64,000 bases of DNA from Candidatus Eiseniibacteriota bacterium. GTDB lineage: Bacteria; Eisenbacteria; RBG-16-71-46; JABDJR01. The notes beneath the pieces were generated by a model. That model did not search any database and was not told where the DNA came from. It saw only the letters and a program-made list of their open reading frames with translations. The translations under genes were made by a program, and so were the position numbers. Each line of letters begins with the position of its first letter. Position 1 is the first letter of the stretch. The stretch is taken from the NCBI GenBank assembly GCA_963762255.1, contig CAVXKA010000002.1:192001-256000 (forward strand). Reading direction: 5' to 3'. Below are positions 39,769 through 50,104 of the stretch, in pieces.

Positions 39769-41513
39769 CGCAGGACCACGAACTTGGCCACGGACACGTC
39801 GGCGCTTCCCCCCTCAGGGTCGAACGCTTCGACGCGCAGAAGATAGAGACCGGGGGCCAGCTTCGTCCCCTGAAGCACGTCTCGGAGCGGCACGCGTGAG
39901 AGCCCGGCCACCGTGCCCGGCGCTCTCACCGCCTTGTCGTAGGGAAGGTCGAGCTCGGCCAGCGGCACCGCGTCCAGACCGATTACGGTGATCCGGATGG
40001 AGCCGTCCTGGCTCATCTCGTAGGCCAGCATCGCCGACTCCGGGTCACGGGTAGGGTTCGGGTAGACGAACGCCGCCTGCACCTCGCGCGCGCCTCCGCG
40101 CACCGCTTCCAGGCGCGAGCCGCCGGAACCCTCCGAGGGGGAGATGGTCGCCACCAACCGCACGACACCCTGCTCACCCGCCTCCGGAATCCAGGGGAAG
40201 CGGGCCTTCACGCGGCCGCCGGCCGGGATGACTTCCGTGATCTGCTGCGTGCCGAGGGTCCGCACGAACTCGCGATCGAGGGTCTGGATGTCGAGGGTCA
40301 CACTCATCGGCGCGGTGCGGGTGCCGCCGCGATTGGTCACCCCGACCGCAACCGTGACCTCGTCGTCCAGGTCCACCGAGGCCAGGTCCACCGCACGCCC
40401 CGCCTGGACGAGGATGTCCTCGTCGGTCACCACCATGCTATCCGCTCCCGTGCGCGACCACTCGTTGAGCATGCCGAGGAACAGGTCCGCGGTGAGCGCG
40501 GCCTGACTGCCGTTGCGCGAATAGGTGCCGTCCACGGTGTCGGTGGCGTGGTGGTAGTGCGGCGCATGCGGCTCGACGTCGGTGGTCTCGATGAGCATCA
40601 CCGCGTCGAATCCCCTCTCCCAGAACGGACCGTGGTCGCTGTTGCCGAGCCCGCGCACCACGCGCTCCACCTGCATTCCGGCCGCGTAGCCGCCGGTCTC
40701 GTGCACGGCCAGGATCTGCGTACCCAACCAGCGGGAAGGTATATTCGTCAACACCACCAGCGAATCCTGCCGCGGGTTGTACGCGACCATGTCGGCGTTC
40801 AGGAGAGCGTAGAGCTTGTCTCCCCCGGCATCCTCGATGGCGCGCGTCGTGTCGGCGAGAACCTTGCTGCCGAGCAGGAAGCGCGCCGGCTCGACGACCT
40901 GCACCTCTTCGCCGTCGAAGAAGGCGATGCGCACGTCGGCCTCGGGGCGTATCCCGCGCGCGGCGGCGACGCGCAGCGCTTCGAGGATGGTGGCGACACC
41001 GCTCGCGTTGTCGTCCGCTCCCGGCGCGTCGTAGGTAAACGGATCCCATAGCGTGTCGCCGGCGGCGTCCCGCATCGAGGTGGCGTCGAAATGCGCGCCC
41101 ATCATGAAGAAGCCGGGGGCGGCGCCGCCGAGGCGTCCCGGCAGGATCCCTACCACGTTCGTGTAGGGGTTGCGCAGCGTGTGCGGCCCGTCGTAATCAA
41201 ACGCGGGGTCGAAGGGCTCGAGAACGGCATAGCCCCCCATGGGCCGCAGCACAGCATCCAGCCGGTCGCGAAGGTACTGCGCGTAGATCGCCGTGCTTGG
41301 CAGCGGCGCGAACCGCGAGCGGGGGCCGATGCCGGTTTCGCCCGTCAGAGCGCGGGCGGTGGCCAGGATCGAGTCCGCGGAGACGTTGGCGGAAGGGGCC
41401 AGGGCGCCCCCCGGCGCGGCAAGTGGTTCCCGCGCCCCGGGCCGCGGGGTGACCGCGAACGCGAAAGTCAGCACGACGATGGCGGCCACGACCGGACGGA
41501 GAGGTTGGCTCAT
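39765..41513 (-). CDS. Secreted M28 aminopeptidase with Ig-like domain and T9SS/FlgD-like C-terminal domain
   Basis: Signal peptide; GAHFD, GADDNASG, GEE, NADM, SDHGPF and YHHATD; C-terminal YPNP...LAPGLYLLRV...KFVVLR. Confidence 0.88.
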   Translation of the reverse strand: MSQPLRPVVAAIVVLTFAFAVTPRPGAREPLAAPGGALAPSANVSADSILATARALTGETGIGPRSRFAPLPSTAIYAQYLRDRLDAVLRPMGGYAVLEPFDPAFDYDGPHTLRNPYTNVVGILPGRLGGAAPGFFMMGAHFDATSMRDAAGDTLWDPFTYDAPGADDNASGVATILEALRVAAARGIRPEADVRIAFFDGEEVQVVEPARFLLGSKVLADTTRAIEDAGGDKLYALLNADMVAYNPRQDSLVVLTNIPSRWLGTQILAVHETGGYAAGMQVERVVRGLGNSDHGPFWERGFDAVMLIETTDVEPHAPHYHHATDTVDGTYSRNGSQAALTADLFLGMLNEWSRTGADSMVVTDEDILVQAGRAVDLASVDLDDEVTVAVGVTNRGGTRTAPMSVTLDIQTLDREFVRTLGTQQITEVIPAGGRVKARFPWIPEAGEQGVVRLVATISPSEGSGGSRLEAVRGGAREVQAAFVYPNPTRDPESAMLAYEMSQDGSIRITVIGLDAVPLAELDLPYDKAVRAPGTVAGLSRVPLRDVLQGTKLAPGLYLLRVEAFDPEGGSADVSVAKFVVLR

Positions 41514-41588
41514 AGGGGGAGAGTCTACCCGAGGGGCAGGGACGGTGGGAACCCGCCTCGGCGGGGGTCCGGCGGTCCGGGAAGAAAC

Positions 41589-41665
41589 TGGTACGCCCGA
41601 CAGGATTCGAACCTGTGACCTCTTGCTCCGGAGGCAAGCGCTCTATCCATCTGAGCTACGGGCGC
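41589..41665 (-). tRNA. tRNA-Arg(CCG)
   Basis: GCGCCCGTAGCTCAG...CTTGC-CT-CCG-GA-GCAAG...GGTTCGAATCC...GGGCGTACCA, 77 nt. Confidence 0.97.
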
Positions 41666-41694
41666 ACGCAAGACCTTCTACAAAAGGGCGTTGA

Positions 41695-41723
41695 AGTCTG
41701 TCACGCGTCGAGGGGAGTGTCAA
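41695..41723 (-). promoter_or_regulatory. Putative tRNA-Arg promoter
   Basis: TTGACA-N17-CAGACT on minus strand. Confidence 0.4.
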
Positions 41724-42529
41724 GGCGAGTCGAGCCCCCGCAGCGCGCGCAGAAGAGCGCCGGGATCGGCCGCGGTGACCAGCGCCTCCCCCACCAGGAG
41801 CGCATCCACTCCCGCTCGCTCGAGCCGCACGACGGTATCGCGATCGGCGATGCCGCTCTCCGAGACGATGACGGCCCCGCAGCCGGCGAGCACGGGCAAG
41901 ACGATCTCCGTACGCGCAACGTCCACATCGAAGGTGGAGAGATCGCGGTTGTTCACACCGATCACTTTCGCGCCTGCCTTGAGCGCCGCCTCCGCTTCGC
42001 GGGGGTCGCTCGCCTCCACCAGGTGCTCGATCCCAAGCTCGCGCGCGAGGTCGAGATAGTCCTTGAGTTGATCCGCGGAGAGCGCCGCCACGATGAGGAG
42101 CAGCGCGTCCGCCGCCCCCGCCGCGGCCTCCAGGATCTGGAGCTCGTGCACGTGGAAGTCCTTGCGCAAAACGGGGAGAGCAGGCGCGCCATCGCGCACT
42201 TGCGCGAGAAAATCCTCTTCGCCAAGAAAGAAGTGCGGCTCGGTCACCACCGACACCGCGGCCGCGCCGTGCTCGGCGTAGATCCTTGCCTGTGCTCGCG
42301 GGTCGAGGTCCGCATCGAGGAGGCCCTTTGAGGGCGACGCTTTCTTCACCTCCGCGATGAAGCGCACAGGGTCATTCGCTGCGCCGCGTTTCAGGACCGC
42401 CGCGAAGGGTCTTCGCGAGGCGATGCGCGCACGGGCTCGCGCTTCGAGTTCGCCCCGCGGGATCTTGCCGTGCCGGGCATGCACGTCTTCGAGCGTGCGC
42501 TCCACGATCCGCGCGAGGAGTCCTTCCAT
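41720..42529 (-). CDS. trpC: Indole-3-glycerol phosphate synthase
   Basis: IAEVKKASPSKG, LRKDF, GVNNRDL and SESGI. Confidence 0.96.
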   Translation of the reverse strand: MEGLLARIVERTLEDVHARHGKIPRGELEARARARIASRRPFAAVLKRGAANDPVRFIAEVKKASPSKGLLDADLDPRAQARIYAEHGAAAVSVVTEPHFFLGEEDFLAQVRDGAPALPVLRKDFHVHELQILEAAAGAADALLLIVAALSADQLKDYLDLARELGIEHLVEASDPREAEAALKAGAKVIGVNNRDLSTFDVDVARTEIVLPVLAGCGAVIVSESGIADRDTVVRLERAGVDALLVGEALVTAADPGALLRALRGLDSP

Positions 42530-42581
42530 ACGCGCGCTCACGCCGGCACCGGGGCGGCGTCGTGACGCGGCACCCCGACGC

Positions 42582-43610
42582 TCACGACACCCACTCCCGC
42601 GTGAACCGCACGAAGCGGTCGAGCGTTTCGCGGGCGCGCCCGCTCTCGACCGATTCTCTCGCCCTGGCGAGCCCCTCCGCGAGGGTGGGCGCCGCCGAGG
42701 CCGCGTAGAGCGCGGCCCCTGCGTTCAAGCAGACGACATCCCGCGCGGGACCGCTCGTGTCGCCGAGGAGCGCGCGGATGATGCAGGCGTTCTCGGCGGC
42801 GTCGCCGCCGTGAAGCGCTTCGACCGGCGAGGCGGCGAGGCCGAGCGCCGCGGGCTCGACCGTGTAGCGCGCGTGCGCTCCGTCGCGCCACTGCGCGATG
42901 CGGGTCGGAGCAGAGAGCGAGATCTCGTCGAGACCGTCGTCGCCGTGTACGACCAGCGCCCCCGCGCTTCCGAGCATCGCCAGCGCCGTGGCCAATGTCT
43001 CCGTGAGGTGCGCCGCATAGACGCCCAGCACCTGGTGCGTCGCGCCGGCAGGGTTCGAGAGTGGGCCCAGGATGTTGAAGAGCGTGCGCAACGCAAGCTC
43101 CCTGCGCGGCCCCGCCGCGTGCTTCATCGCCGCATGGTGATTGGGGGCGAAGAGAAAGCCCATGCCGGTCGTTTCGAGACAGGCTTCGACGCCTTCCGGC
43201 GGCAGGTCGATGCGCGCGCCCAGAGCTTCCAACACGTCGGCGCTCCCGCAGCGGCTCGAGACCGAACGATTGCCGTGCTTGGCCACCGCGGTGCCTGCGC
43301 CGGTGACGACAAAGGCGGAGGCGGTGGAAATGTTGAAGGTGCCGCTCGCGTCGCCGCCGGTGCCGCAAGTGTCGACAAGCGGGGTGCGGGTGGCGCGTAT
43401 CGATCGCGCGTGGGCGCGCATCGACTCCGCCGCGCCCGCGATCTCCTCCGCCGTTTCGCCGCGCAGGCGCAACGCCATCAGGAACGCACCGATCTGCGCG
43501 GGAGTAGCCGCACCCTCCATGATCGTGTCCATCGCCGCGCGGGATTCATCACGAGCGAGCCGCTCCCCCGCCGCGAGGCGGGCCAGCGTGTGCGTGAAGG
43601 GGGTGCTCAC
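42582..43610 (-). CDS. trpD: Anthranilate phosphoribosyltransferase
   Basis: DTCGTGGD, NISTA, KHGNRSVSS and GLDE. Confidence 0.97.
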   Translation of the reverse strand: MSTPFTHTLARLAAGERLARDESRAAMDTIMEGAATPAQIGAFLMALRLRGETAEEIAGAAESMRAHARSIRATRTPLVDTCGTGGDASGTFNISTASAFVVTGAGTAVAKHGNRSVSSRCGSADVLEALGARIDLPPEGVEACLETTGMGFLFAPNHHAAMKHAAGPRRELALRTLFNILGPLSNPAGATHQVLGVYAAHLTETLATALAMLGSAGALVVHGDDGLDEISLSAPTRIAQWRDGAHARYTVEPAALGLAASPVEALHGGDAAENACIIRALLGDTSGPARDVVCLNAGAALYAASAAPTLAEGLARARESVESGRARETLDRFVRFTREWVS

Positions 43611-43638
43611 GGGCGGGCTCCGTCAAGCCGGCGCGTCC

Positions 43639-44238
43639 TCACGCCCGCGCCTCCCCGCAAAGCGCGAGGAAGTTGCCGAGCAGGCGCTTCCCAACATCGG
43701 TGAGAATCGACTCCGGGTGAAACTGCACGCCCCAAGTCGGGTGCTCGCGATGACGCACGCCCATGATCTCGCCTTCCTCGGTCCATGCCGTGATCACGAG
43801 CGGATCGGCCACACTCGCGCGCTCCAGCAAGAGCGAGTGATAGCGCGTGGCGGTGAACGGGTTCTCCAGGTCGCGGAACAGATCGCGCCCGTCGTGGTGG
43901 ATGGGCGAGGTCTTGCCGTGCATGAGGCGCTCGGCGCGGACCACGCGTGCGTCGAACACCTCCCCTATCGCCTGATGGCCCAGGCAGACGCCGAGCAGCG
44001 GCTTCTTGCCGGACATGCGACGGATGAGATCCTCCGTGATGCCGGCCACCGACGGCACGCCCGGCCCCGGCGAGATCACGATACCGTCGTAGCCCTCGCG
44101 CTCCACCGCTTCCGGGGTCGTGGTGTCGTTGCGCGCGACTTCCACCTCCGCGCCCAGCTCGCTCAGGTATTGCACGAGGTTGTAGGTGAACGAGTCGTAG
44201 TTATCGAGCATGAAGAGACGGATGGGCGCGTCGATCAC
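43639..44238 (-). CDS. trpG: Anthranilate/aminodeoxychorismate synthase glutamine amidotransferase
   Basis: DNYDSFTYNL, SPGPG, GVCLGHQ, RYHSL and QFHPES. Confidence 0.93.
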   Translation of the reverse strand: MIDAPIRLFMLDNYDSFTYNLVQYLSELGAEVEVARNDTTTPEAVEREGYDGIVISPGPGVPSVAGITEDLIRRMSGKKPLLGVCLGHQAIGEVFDARVVRAERLMHGKTSPIHHDGRDLFRDLENPFTATRYHSLLLERASVADPLVITAWTEEGEIMGVRHREHPTWGVQFHPESILTDVGKRLLGNFLALCGEARA

Positions 44239-45926
44239 GAACGGCGGCCCTCGGCGAGTATCGCGCGGGCGGTGCGCCGGGCGTCGTCGCCTCCGGCGCT
44301 CCCCGCGAGCATGCGGGCCAACTCCTCTTCGCGCTCCTTCCCGGCGACCTCTTCGATATCGATCCGCGTGCGCTTCTTGTCGCTGGTCTTGACGAGGCGC
44401 AGGTGATGGCCGGCGCGACCGGCGATGACCGCGAGGTGGGTCACGACGAGCACCTGCCGCTCGCCGGCGATGGCGGCAAGCCGCGCTCCTACCGCTTCGG
44501 CGACGAGGCCGCCGATGCCGGCGTCGACCTCATCGAAGATGACGAGTGGCACCGGGTCCACGTTGCGAAGCACGTTCTTCAACGCGAGCATGACGCGCGA
44601 GGCCTCGCCACCGGATGCGATGCGGCTCAAGGGACCGGCAGCCTCGCCGGGGTTGGCGGCCAGCACGAACGCGGCGTCTTCCGCGCCGCGCGCGCTCACC
44701 GGATGCTCGCGACCGGGAAGTCTCACCCCCTGGCGCGGCGGGGCGAGTTCCACCGTGAAGCGCGCGTGCTCCATGCCGAGGCCGGCGAGTTCCCGGGTCA
44801 CCTCGCGGGCGAAAGCGGCGGCGGCCTTGCTGCGCGAGGCACTCAGGGCGGCGCACGCGGACAGCAGTGTCTTGGCGGCGGCGGTCACGTCGCGCTCCAA
44901 CGCGGCGAGACGTTCCGGCGCTTCTTCCCACCCCTCCACCGTCTCGCGCAGTTCCTCGCGGCGACGGATCAGATCGGCGTGCGTGCCGTGGTGTTTCTTG
45001 CGCAGGCGAGAGAGCAGATCGAGGCGCGACTCCAGTTCTTCCAGACGCGCGGGGTCCGAGTTCAATCCATCCAGGTAGCGCGCCAGCTCGCGGGCGGTTT
45101 CCTCGCAGGTGACCAGCGCCTCGTCGAGCTGGCGGCGGAGCGGCTCCAACGAGTCGTCGTACGCCGCGGCCTGCCCGAGCTGCCGTGACGCGCGGCCGAG
45201 GAGCGTCTCCGCGCTCGGATCGTCTTCGGTGAGCGCAGTCATCGCCTCCTGCACCGATTCCGCGAGGCGGCCGGCGTGGGCGGCGACGTGGCGCTCGCGC
45301 TCGAGTTCCTCGTCCTCGCCTTCGCGCAATTGCGCGGCTTCGAGTTCCTCGAACTGGAAGCGCAGGTAGTCGCGCTCCTCCGCGCTCTTCCGCGAGGCAA
45401 CGACGAACTCGTCGCGACGTCGAAGCGCCTCCGCATATTCGGCGTGGCGCGCCTTCACCGCGTCGAGAAGCTCGCGATCCGCGGCGTACGCGTCGAGGTA
45501 ATCGAGATGCGTCTCTTCGCGAAGCAGGTTCTGCTGTTCGTGCTGGCCGTGCAGATCGGCCAGCGTCGCACCGATGTCGCGCAGCCGGCCCACCGTAGCC
45601 GGGCGGTCGTTGACGTAGGCCCGCGAGCGGCCGTCGGCGGCGATCACGCGGCGAAGGACAAGCGCGCCGTCCTCCAGCGGCTGATCGAGACCGCGAGCGA
45701 GGAAGTGGTTGGGGGCCAGTTCGAAGCGCGCCACGATCTCGGCTTCGCCGGCGCCCTGGCGCACGAGGTCGGCGGACGCCCGCCCTCCCAGCACCAGGTC
45801 GAGTGCGCCCACCACCAGCGATTTCCCCGCCCCCGTTTCGCCGGTGAGCGCGTTCAAGCCGGGCCGGAAGCGCGCTTCCAGCCGCTCCACGACGGCGAAG
45901 TTGGAGACCCAGAGTTCGGTCAGCAT
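44235..45926 (-). CDS. recN: DNA repair protein RecN
   Basis: TGETGAGKS, HGQHEQ, ASGGE, FDEVDAG and VTHL. Confidence 0.97.
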   Translation of the reverse strand: MLTELWVSNFAVVERLEARFRPGLNALTGETGAGKSLVVGALDLVLGGRASADLVRQGAGEAEIVARFELAPNHFLARGLDQPLEDGALVLRRVIAADGRSRAYVNDRPATVGRLRDIGATLADLHGQHEQQNLLREETHLDYLDAYAADRELLDAVKARHAEYAEALRRRDEFVVASRKSAEERDYLRFQFEELEAAQLREGEDEELERERHVAAHAGRLAESVQEAMTALTEDDPSAETLLGRASRQLGQAAAYDDSLEPLRRQLDEALVTCEETARELARYLDGLNSDPARLEELESRLDLLSRLRKKHHGTHADLIRRREELRETVEGWEEAPERLAALERDVTAAAKTLLSACAALSASRSKAAAAFAREVTRELAGLGMEHARFTVELAPPRQGVRLPGREHPVSARGAEDAAFVLAANPGEAAGPLSRIASGGEASRVMLALKNVLRNVDPVPLVIFDEVDAGIGGLVAEAVGARLAAIAGERQVLVVTHLAVIAGRAGHHLRLVKTSDKKRTRIDIEEVAGKEREEELARMLAGSAGGDDARRTARAILAEGRRS

Positions 45927-46085
45927 GCGGATCCTCTCCGGACGGGCGCGTTTGCAATCGTGCGCGGGTTATGCCGAGCGCGATCGAGGAATTGTAGCTC
46001 ATGGGTACGGGGCAGCGGGGTGCTCACCCGGGTGATCATCCGCCGCGCAGCGGGTTGCGGGTCGACTCCGCGAGGCCCGCCCCCC

Positions 46086-46955
46086 TCACCGCGTCTTCGG
46101 GATGCCGCCCCAATTCAGCTTCGTGCGCAGGATCTCGTAGTACGGCCGCCGCCCCACGAACGCGAGCAGTGCCTTGCGTTCGGAGAGGCTCACGTGCACC
46201 GGCATCCCCGGCCCAACCACGAACGCGTCCTGCCCGTCCGCGGTGATCTTGATGGCCGCATCCGGCAACTGGTTCTCGATCTCCACGGTCTCCCCGTTCC
46301 CGAACACCAGCGGCCGGACCGCGAGCGTGTGCGCGCAGACCGGTGTCACCACCAGGGCCGGCAGCGCGGGGTGCACGATCGGCCCGCCCGCGGAGAGCGC
46401 GTAGGCGGTGGACCCCGTCGGCGTGGCGACGATCAATCCGTCGGCGGTGAAGGTCCCCACGTAGCTGTGGTCGATGCTCATCTTGAGCACCACCGCCCGC
46501 CGCGTGAAACTCCCCTCGTCCACCACGACGTCATTGAGCGCGTGCAGGATGATCGGCCGACCGCCGGGCTCCCGCGTGGTCGCCTTGATGAGACGGCGCT
46601 CCTCGACGCGGCACTCGCCGGCGAGCACGGTTTCGAGGCACGCGTCGATCTCCGTCGACGGCACCGCGGTGAGAAAACCGAGCCCTCCAAGGTTGATCCC
46701 CAGGATCGGGATCTCCCGTCCCTCCAGCGCACGCACCGCGGTCAAGAGCGTGCCGTCGCCGCCGAGCGAGAGGATCATGTCGGCGTCGCGGAAGAAGCTG
46801 TCCTCCCCGTGGCCCTCGCCCAGCGCCTCGGCGAGATCCCGCCGGAGCAGCACCTCCACCCCCGCCTTGCGCAACCGCGCGATCACCGACCGCGCGGTGG
46901 GGATCGCTTCCGTCTTGTGCAGATTCGCCAATAACGAGATCCGGCGCGCGTTCAT
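46086..46955 (-). CDS. nadK: NAD+ kinase
   Basis: GGDGT, LGFL, LND and TPTGSTAYALSAGG. Confidence 0.96.
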   Translation of the reverse strand: MNARRISLLANLHKTEAIPTARSVIARLRKAGVEVLLRRDLAEALGEGHGEDSFFRDADMILSLGGDGTLLTAVRALEGREIPILGINLGGLGFLTAVPSTEIDACLETVLAGECRVEERRLIKATTREPGGRPIILHALNDVVVDEGSFTRRAVVLKMSIDHSYVGTFTADGLIVATPTGSTAYALSAGGPIVHPALPALVVTPVCAHTLAVRPLVFGNGETVEIENQLPDAAIKITADGQDAFVVGPGMPVHVSLSERKALLAFVGRRPYYEILRTKLNWGGIPKTR

Positions 46956-46967
46956 GTGACGATCCTC

Positions 46968-47405
46968 CTAGAGGTACCAGATGAAGGCGTACAACACGCC
47001 GAAGGCGGCACCCACGAACACCTCGAACGGCGTGTGTCCCACGAGCTCGGAGAGACGCTCGGGCTTGAACGTGCGGTGGGCATAGTGGTCGGCGACCATG
47101 CGATTCAGGATGCGGGCCTGCGTGCCGGCGGCGCGCCGAAGCCCCGCGGCGTCGTACATGATGACGAGGCTGAAGAAGAGGGTGACGCTGAAGAGCGGAG
47201 ACGTGAAGCCCTCGAGGAACCCGACCGACGTCGTGAGCGCGGTCACGCTCGCTGAATGCGAGCTGGGCATGCCGCCCGTGCCCACCAGCCGCGTGAAGTT
47301 GACCCGGCGGTAGCGCACGAAGAACGCCACGAACTTGTAGATCTGGACGACGAAGCCCGCCGAGAGCGCCACGAGGTACGGCGCGGAGGCGACGAAGTCC
47401 CTCAT
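46968..47405 (-). CDS. Divergent PAP2-family protein (DUF212/YuiD-like)
   Basis: TGGMPSSHSA, MYDAAGLRR.AG.QA.ILN and GHTPFEV. Confidence 0.92.
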   Translation of the reverse strand: MRDFVASAPYLVALSAGFVVQIYKFVAFFVRYRRVNFTRLVGTGGMPSSHSASVTALTTSVGFLEGFTSPLFSVTLFFSLVIMYDAAGLRRAAGTQARILNRMVADHYAHRTFKPERLSELVGHTPFEVFVGAAFGVLYAFIWYL

Positions 47406-47463
47406 ACCGACCTCACCGGGCGCAGCAACCTGCCCCTCGCGTCGCGCCGACGCGCGGAAATCA

Positions 47464-48498
47464 TCAGGCCTTCCCCGCCGGGCGCAGAAGCTCGCCCTTC
47501 GCGTCGCGTCGGCGCGCGTCGAGGATGTCGACCAAGCCGCGATAGACATCACGTCGTTGCGGCATGCGCGCGGCCGCCGTCCGCGCCGCCTTCAAGTGCC
47601 GGTCGACTGCTTTGTGGGACGCCGCGAACCCGATCACCCCCGGATAGGTCGCCTTCCCCCGCTCCGCGTCACGTCCGGGCTCGCGGCCCAGCTCGCGGAA
47701 GGTGCCGGCCGCGCCGAGGATGTCGTCCACGATCTGAAACGCCAGGCCGAACCCCTCGCCGTAAGCGGTCAGGAGCGCGAGCCGCGCGGCGGAGGCCTCG
47801 GCGGCGATCCCCCCCATGCGCAGCGCGGCGGTGAAGAGCCGCGCCGTCTTGTGGCGATGAATGTAGAGCAGCGTGGCGCGGCTCGCCTTCTTCCCTTCGG
47901 AAAGCAGATCGAGCGCCTGCCCGCCGATCACTCCGCCCGAGCCGGTCGCGGCACCCAGCTCCTCCACCAGCCGCGCGGCGACGGCGGGACCGAGCGCCCC
48001 CGGTTTCCCGAGTTCGCCTAACACATGAAAACTCCTGGCTAACAGCGCGTCCCCGGCTAGGATAGCCACCCCATCACCGAACACCTTGTGGTTGGAGAGG
48101 CGGCCCCGGCGGTAGTCGTCGTCGTCCATTGCCGGGAGGTCGTCGTGGATGAGCGAGAACGCGTGCACCATCTCCAGCGTCGCTGCCACCGCGTCCGCCT
48201 TGCGCCCGGTGCCACCGAAGGTCTCGTAGGCCAGGAGCACCATCGCGGGACGCAGGCGCTTCCCCCCCGAGAGCGCGGTGTAGCGCATGGCGTCGTGAAT
48301 GATCTCGGGGCGCTCCTTGGCAGCGGGAATGATGCGATCCAACGCGCGGTCCACGCGTCGGCTTGCGACCTCGAGATAGTTGCGCGCGGCCGGGGCGTCG
48401 TCGGACGACCGCCCGCGCCCATCGGCGGACGACCGCCGGGACGATCCCGTGGATGCGCGCTCCAGCGCGCGGGCGGAATCAGAACGGAAGCTCCCCAT
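47464..48498 (-). CDS. ispA: Farnesyl/geranylgeranyl diphosphate synthase
   Basis: GGKRLRP, HDDLPAMDDDDYRRG, GQALD, KTA, FQIVDD and KATY; start codon uncertain. Confidence 0.92.
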   Translation of the reverse strand: MGSFRSDSARALERASTGSSRRSSADGRGRSSDDAPAARNYLEVASRRVDRALDRIIPAAKERPEIIHDAMRYTALSGGKRLRPAMVLLAYETFGGTGRKADAVAATLEMVHAFSLIHDDLPAMDDDDYRRGRLSNHKVFGDGVAILAGDALLARSFHVLGELGKPGALGPAVAARLVEELGAATGSGGVIGGQALDLLSEGKKASRATLLYIHRHKTARLFTAALRMGGIAAEASAARLALLTAYGEGFGLAFQIVDDILGAAGTFRELGREPGRDAERGKATYPGVIGFAASHKAVDRHLKAARTAAARMPQRRDVYRGLVDILDARRRDAKGELLRPAGKA

Positions 48499-48832
48499 CC
48501 TCGTCCTCATCTTCCTCATCGTCCTCTTCTTCAACCGGCTCCTCATCATCGACCGCGCCGGAGAGCGCCGAGGGCTCCAGCCGGAACCCCTCGCTCCCTT
48601 CCGACAGCTCGCGGATCGTGGCCTCAGCGGCTTCGAGCTTCTTCACGCAGTGACGCACGAGTCGGGTGCCGTCGGCGTAGGCCTGGATGCTCTCCTCCAG
48701 AGGAACCTCGCCCTCTTCGAGGCGCGCAACTACCGATTCCAGCCGCTCGAGCGCGGCCTCGAAGCTCAAATCGTCGGTCGCCTCCGGCGCGGACTTCTTC
48801 CTCGCCGGCGACTTCTTCTTTCCGGGGCTCAT
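48479..48832 (-). CDS. xseB: Exodeoxyribonuclease VII small subunit with acidic tail
   Basis: SFEAALERLESVVARLEEGEVPLEESI. Confidence 0.92.
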   Translation of the reverse strand: MSPGKKKSPARKKSAPEATDDLSFEAALERLESVVARLEEGEVPLEESIQAYADGTRLVRHCVKKLEAAEATIRELSEGSEGFRLEPSALSGAVDDEEPVEEEDDEEDEDEDGELPF

Positions 48833-50076
48833 CGATCCCCTCCCGGAGTTCCCTCCAGCTCTCGCGGGCCTCCCGCCTCCACGCGCTCCACGCGGGCGTG
48901 AGCCCGATCGGACCTAAACTGCACCACCAACGGCGCACCGAGGGCAAGCCCCTTCGCGCCGGTGAGAACGCGCCCCGTCGCGGGATCCCGCGCGAGGCAG
49001 TAGCCGCGCCCGAGCACCGCGGTGGGGTCGAGCGCGCCGAGAACTCGCGCGGCCTCCTGAATCCGCCGCCGGCGGGTTTCCGCAACCGTAACCGTTGCCG
49101 CGGCCAGGCGCGATGCCAATCCGTCCACGCGCTGCTGCTCGCGGCGCAGGAACTCCTCGGGGCGCCGCAACCCGTACGCAGACACGAGTCGCTGGAGCGT
49201 CATGCGCCGCTCGTGCAGCGCGCGCGCCATGTGGCGATCGAGCTTCTCGCCGAGATGCGCGAACCGGCGCGCCACCTCGCGGCGATCGGGCACCGCCACC
49301 TCCGCCGCAGCGGAGGGTGTGGGCGCGCGCAGGTCGGCCACGAGATCGGCGATCGTGAAATCGGTTTCGTGCCCCACCGCCGAGATGACCGGCGTTGTGC
49401 ACGCGGCGATGGCGCGGGCCACGGGCTCTTCGTTGAAGGCCCACAGGTCTTCGAGACTCCCCCCGCCGCGACCTACGATGATGACGTCGGCGCCGCCCCA
49501 GGCGTCCATCCTCCGCAGCGCGGCGGCGATCTCCTCGGCGGAGCCCTCGCCCTGCACCCGCACCGGAATGAAGACGATGCGCGCGACCGGCCAGCGCCTG
49601 CCGAGCACGTGAAGGAGGTCGCGCACGGCGGCGCCGGTGGGCGACGTGACGATGCCCACCGTCATCGGGTAGCTCGGCAGCGGTACCTTCCGCTCCGCGT
49701 CGAAGAGGCCTTCGGCCGCGAGCCGGCGCTTGAGCGCCTCGAACGCCTGCATGAGCGCGCCCATCCCAGCCGGAACCATCGTGCGCACGATGAGCTGGAG
49801 ATCGCCGCGCGGCTGATAGATCGAGATTTCGCCGTCGGCGATCACCTCGACCCCGTCCGCGGGAAGGAAGCGCAACCCGATCGCGGCGCCGCGAAACATG
49901 ACGGTGCGTAGCTGCGCGTCGCGGTCCTTGAGCGCGAAGTAGAGATGGCCGGACGCGGCCGGACGGAAGTTGGAGATCTCGCCGCGCACGCTCACGCGGC
50001 CGAAAGTGTCGGCCAACGTGCGCTGGATCGCACCGGTGATCTCGGAGACCGAGAAGACCGGAGGGGGCTCGCTCAT
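48829..50076 (-). CDS. xseA: Exodeoxyribonuclease VII large subunit
   Basis: GEISN, SGHLYF, RGGGSLEDLWAFN, GHETD and TPSAAAE. Confidence 0.97.
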   Translation of the reverse strand: MSEPPPVFSVSEITGAIQRTLADTFGRVSVRGEISNFRPAASGHLYFALKDRDAQLRTVMFRGAAIGLRFLPADGVEVIADGEISIYQPRGDLQLIVRTMVPAGMGALMQAFEALKRRLAAEGLFDAERKVPLPSYPMTVGIVTSPTGAAVRDLLHVLGRRWPVARIVFIPVRVQGEGSAEEIAAALRRMDAWGGADVIIVGRGGGSLEDLWAFNEEPVARAIAACTTPVISAVGHETDFTIADLVADLRAPTPSAAAEVAVPDRREVARRFAHLGEKLDRHMARALHERRMTLQRLVSAYGLRRPEEFLRREQQRVDGLASRLAAATVTVAETRRRRIQEAARVLGALDPTAVLGRGYCLARDPATGRVLTGAKGLALGAPLVVQFRSDRAHARVERVEAGGPRELEGTPGGDR

Positions 50077-50104
50077 GCGGGGCGTCCTCGCCGCGCTGCC
50101 CGCA

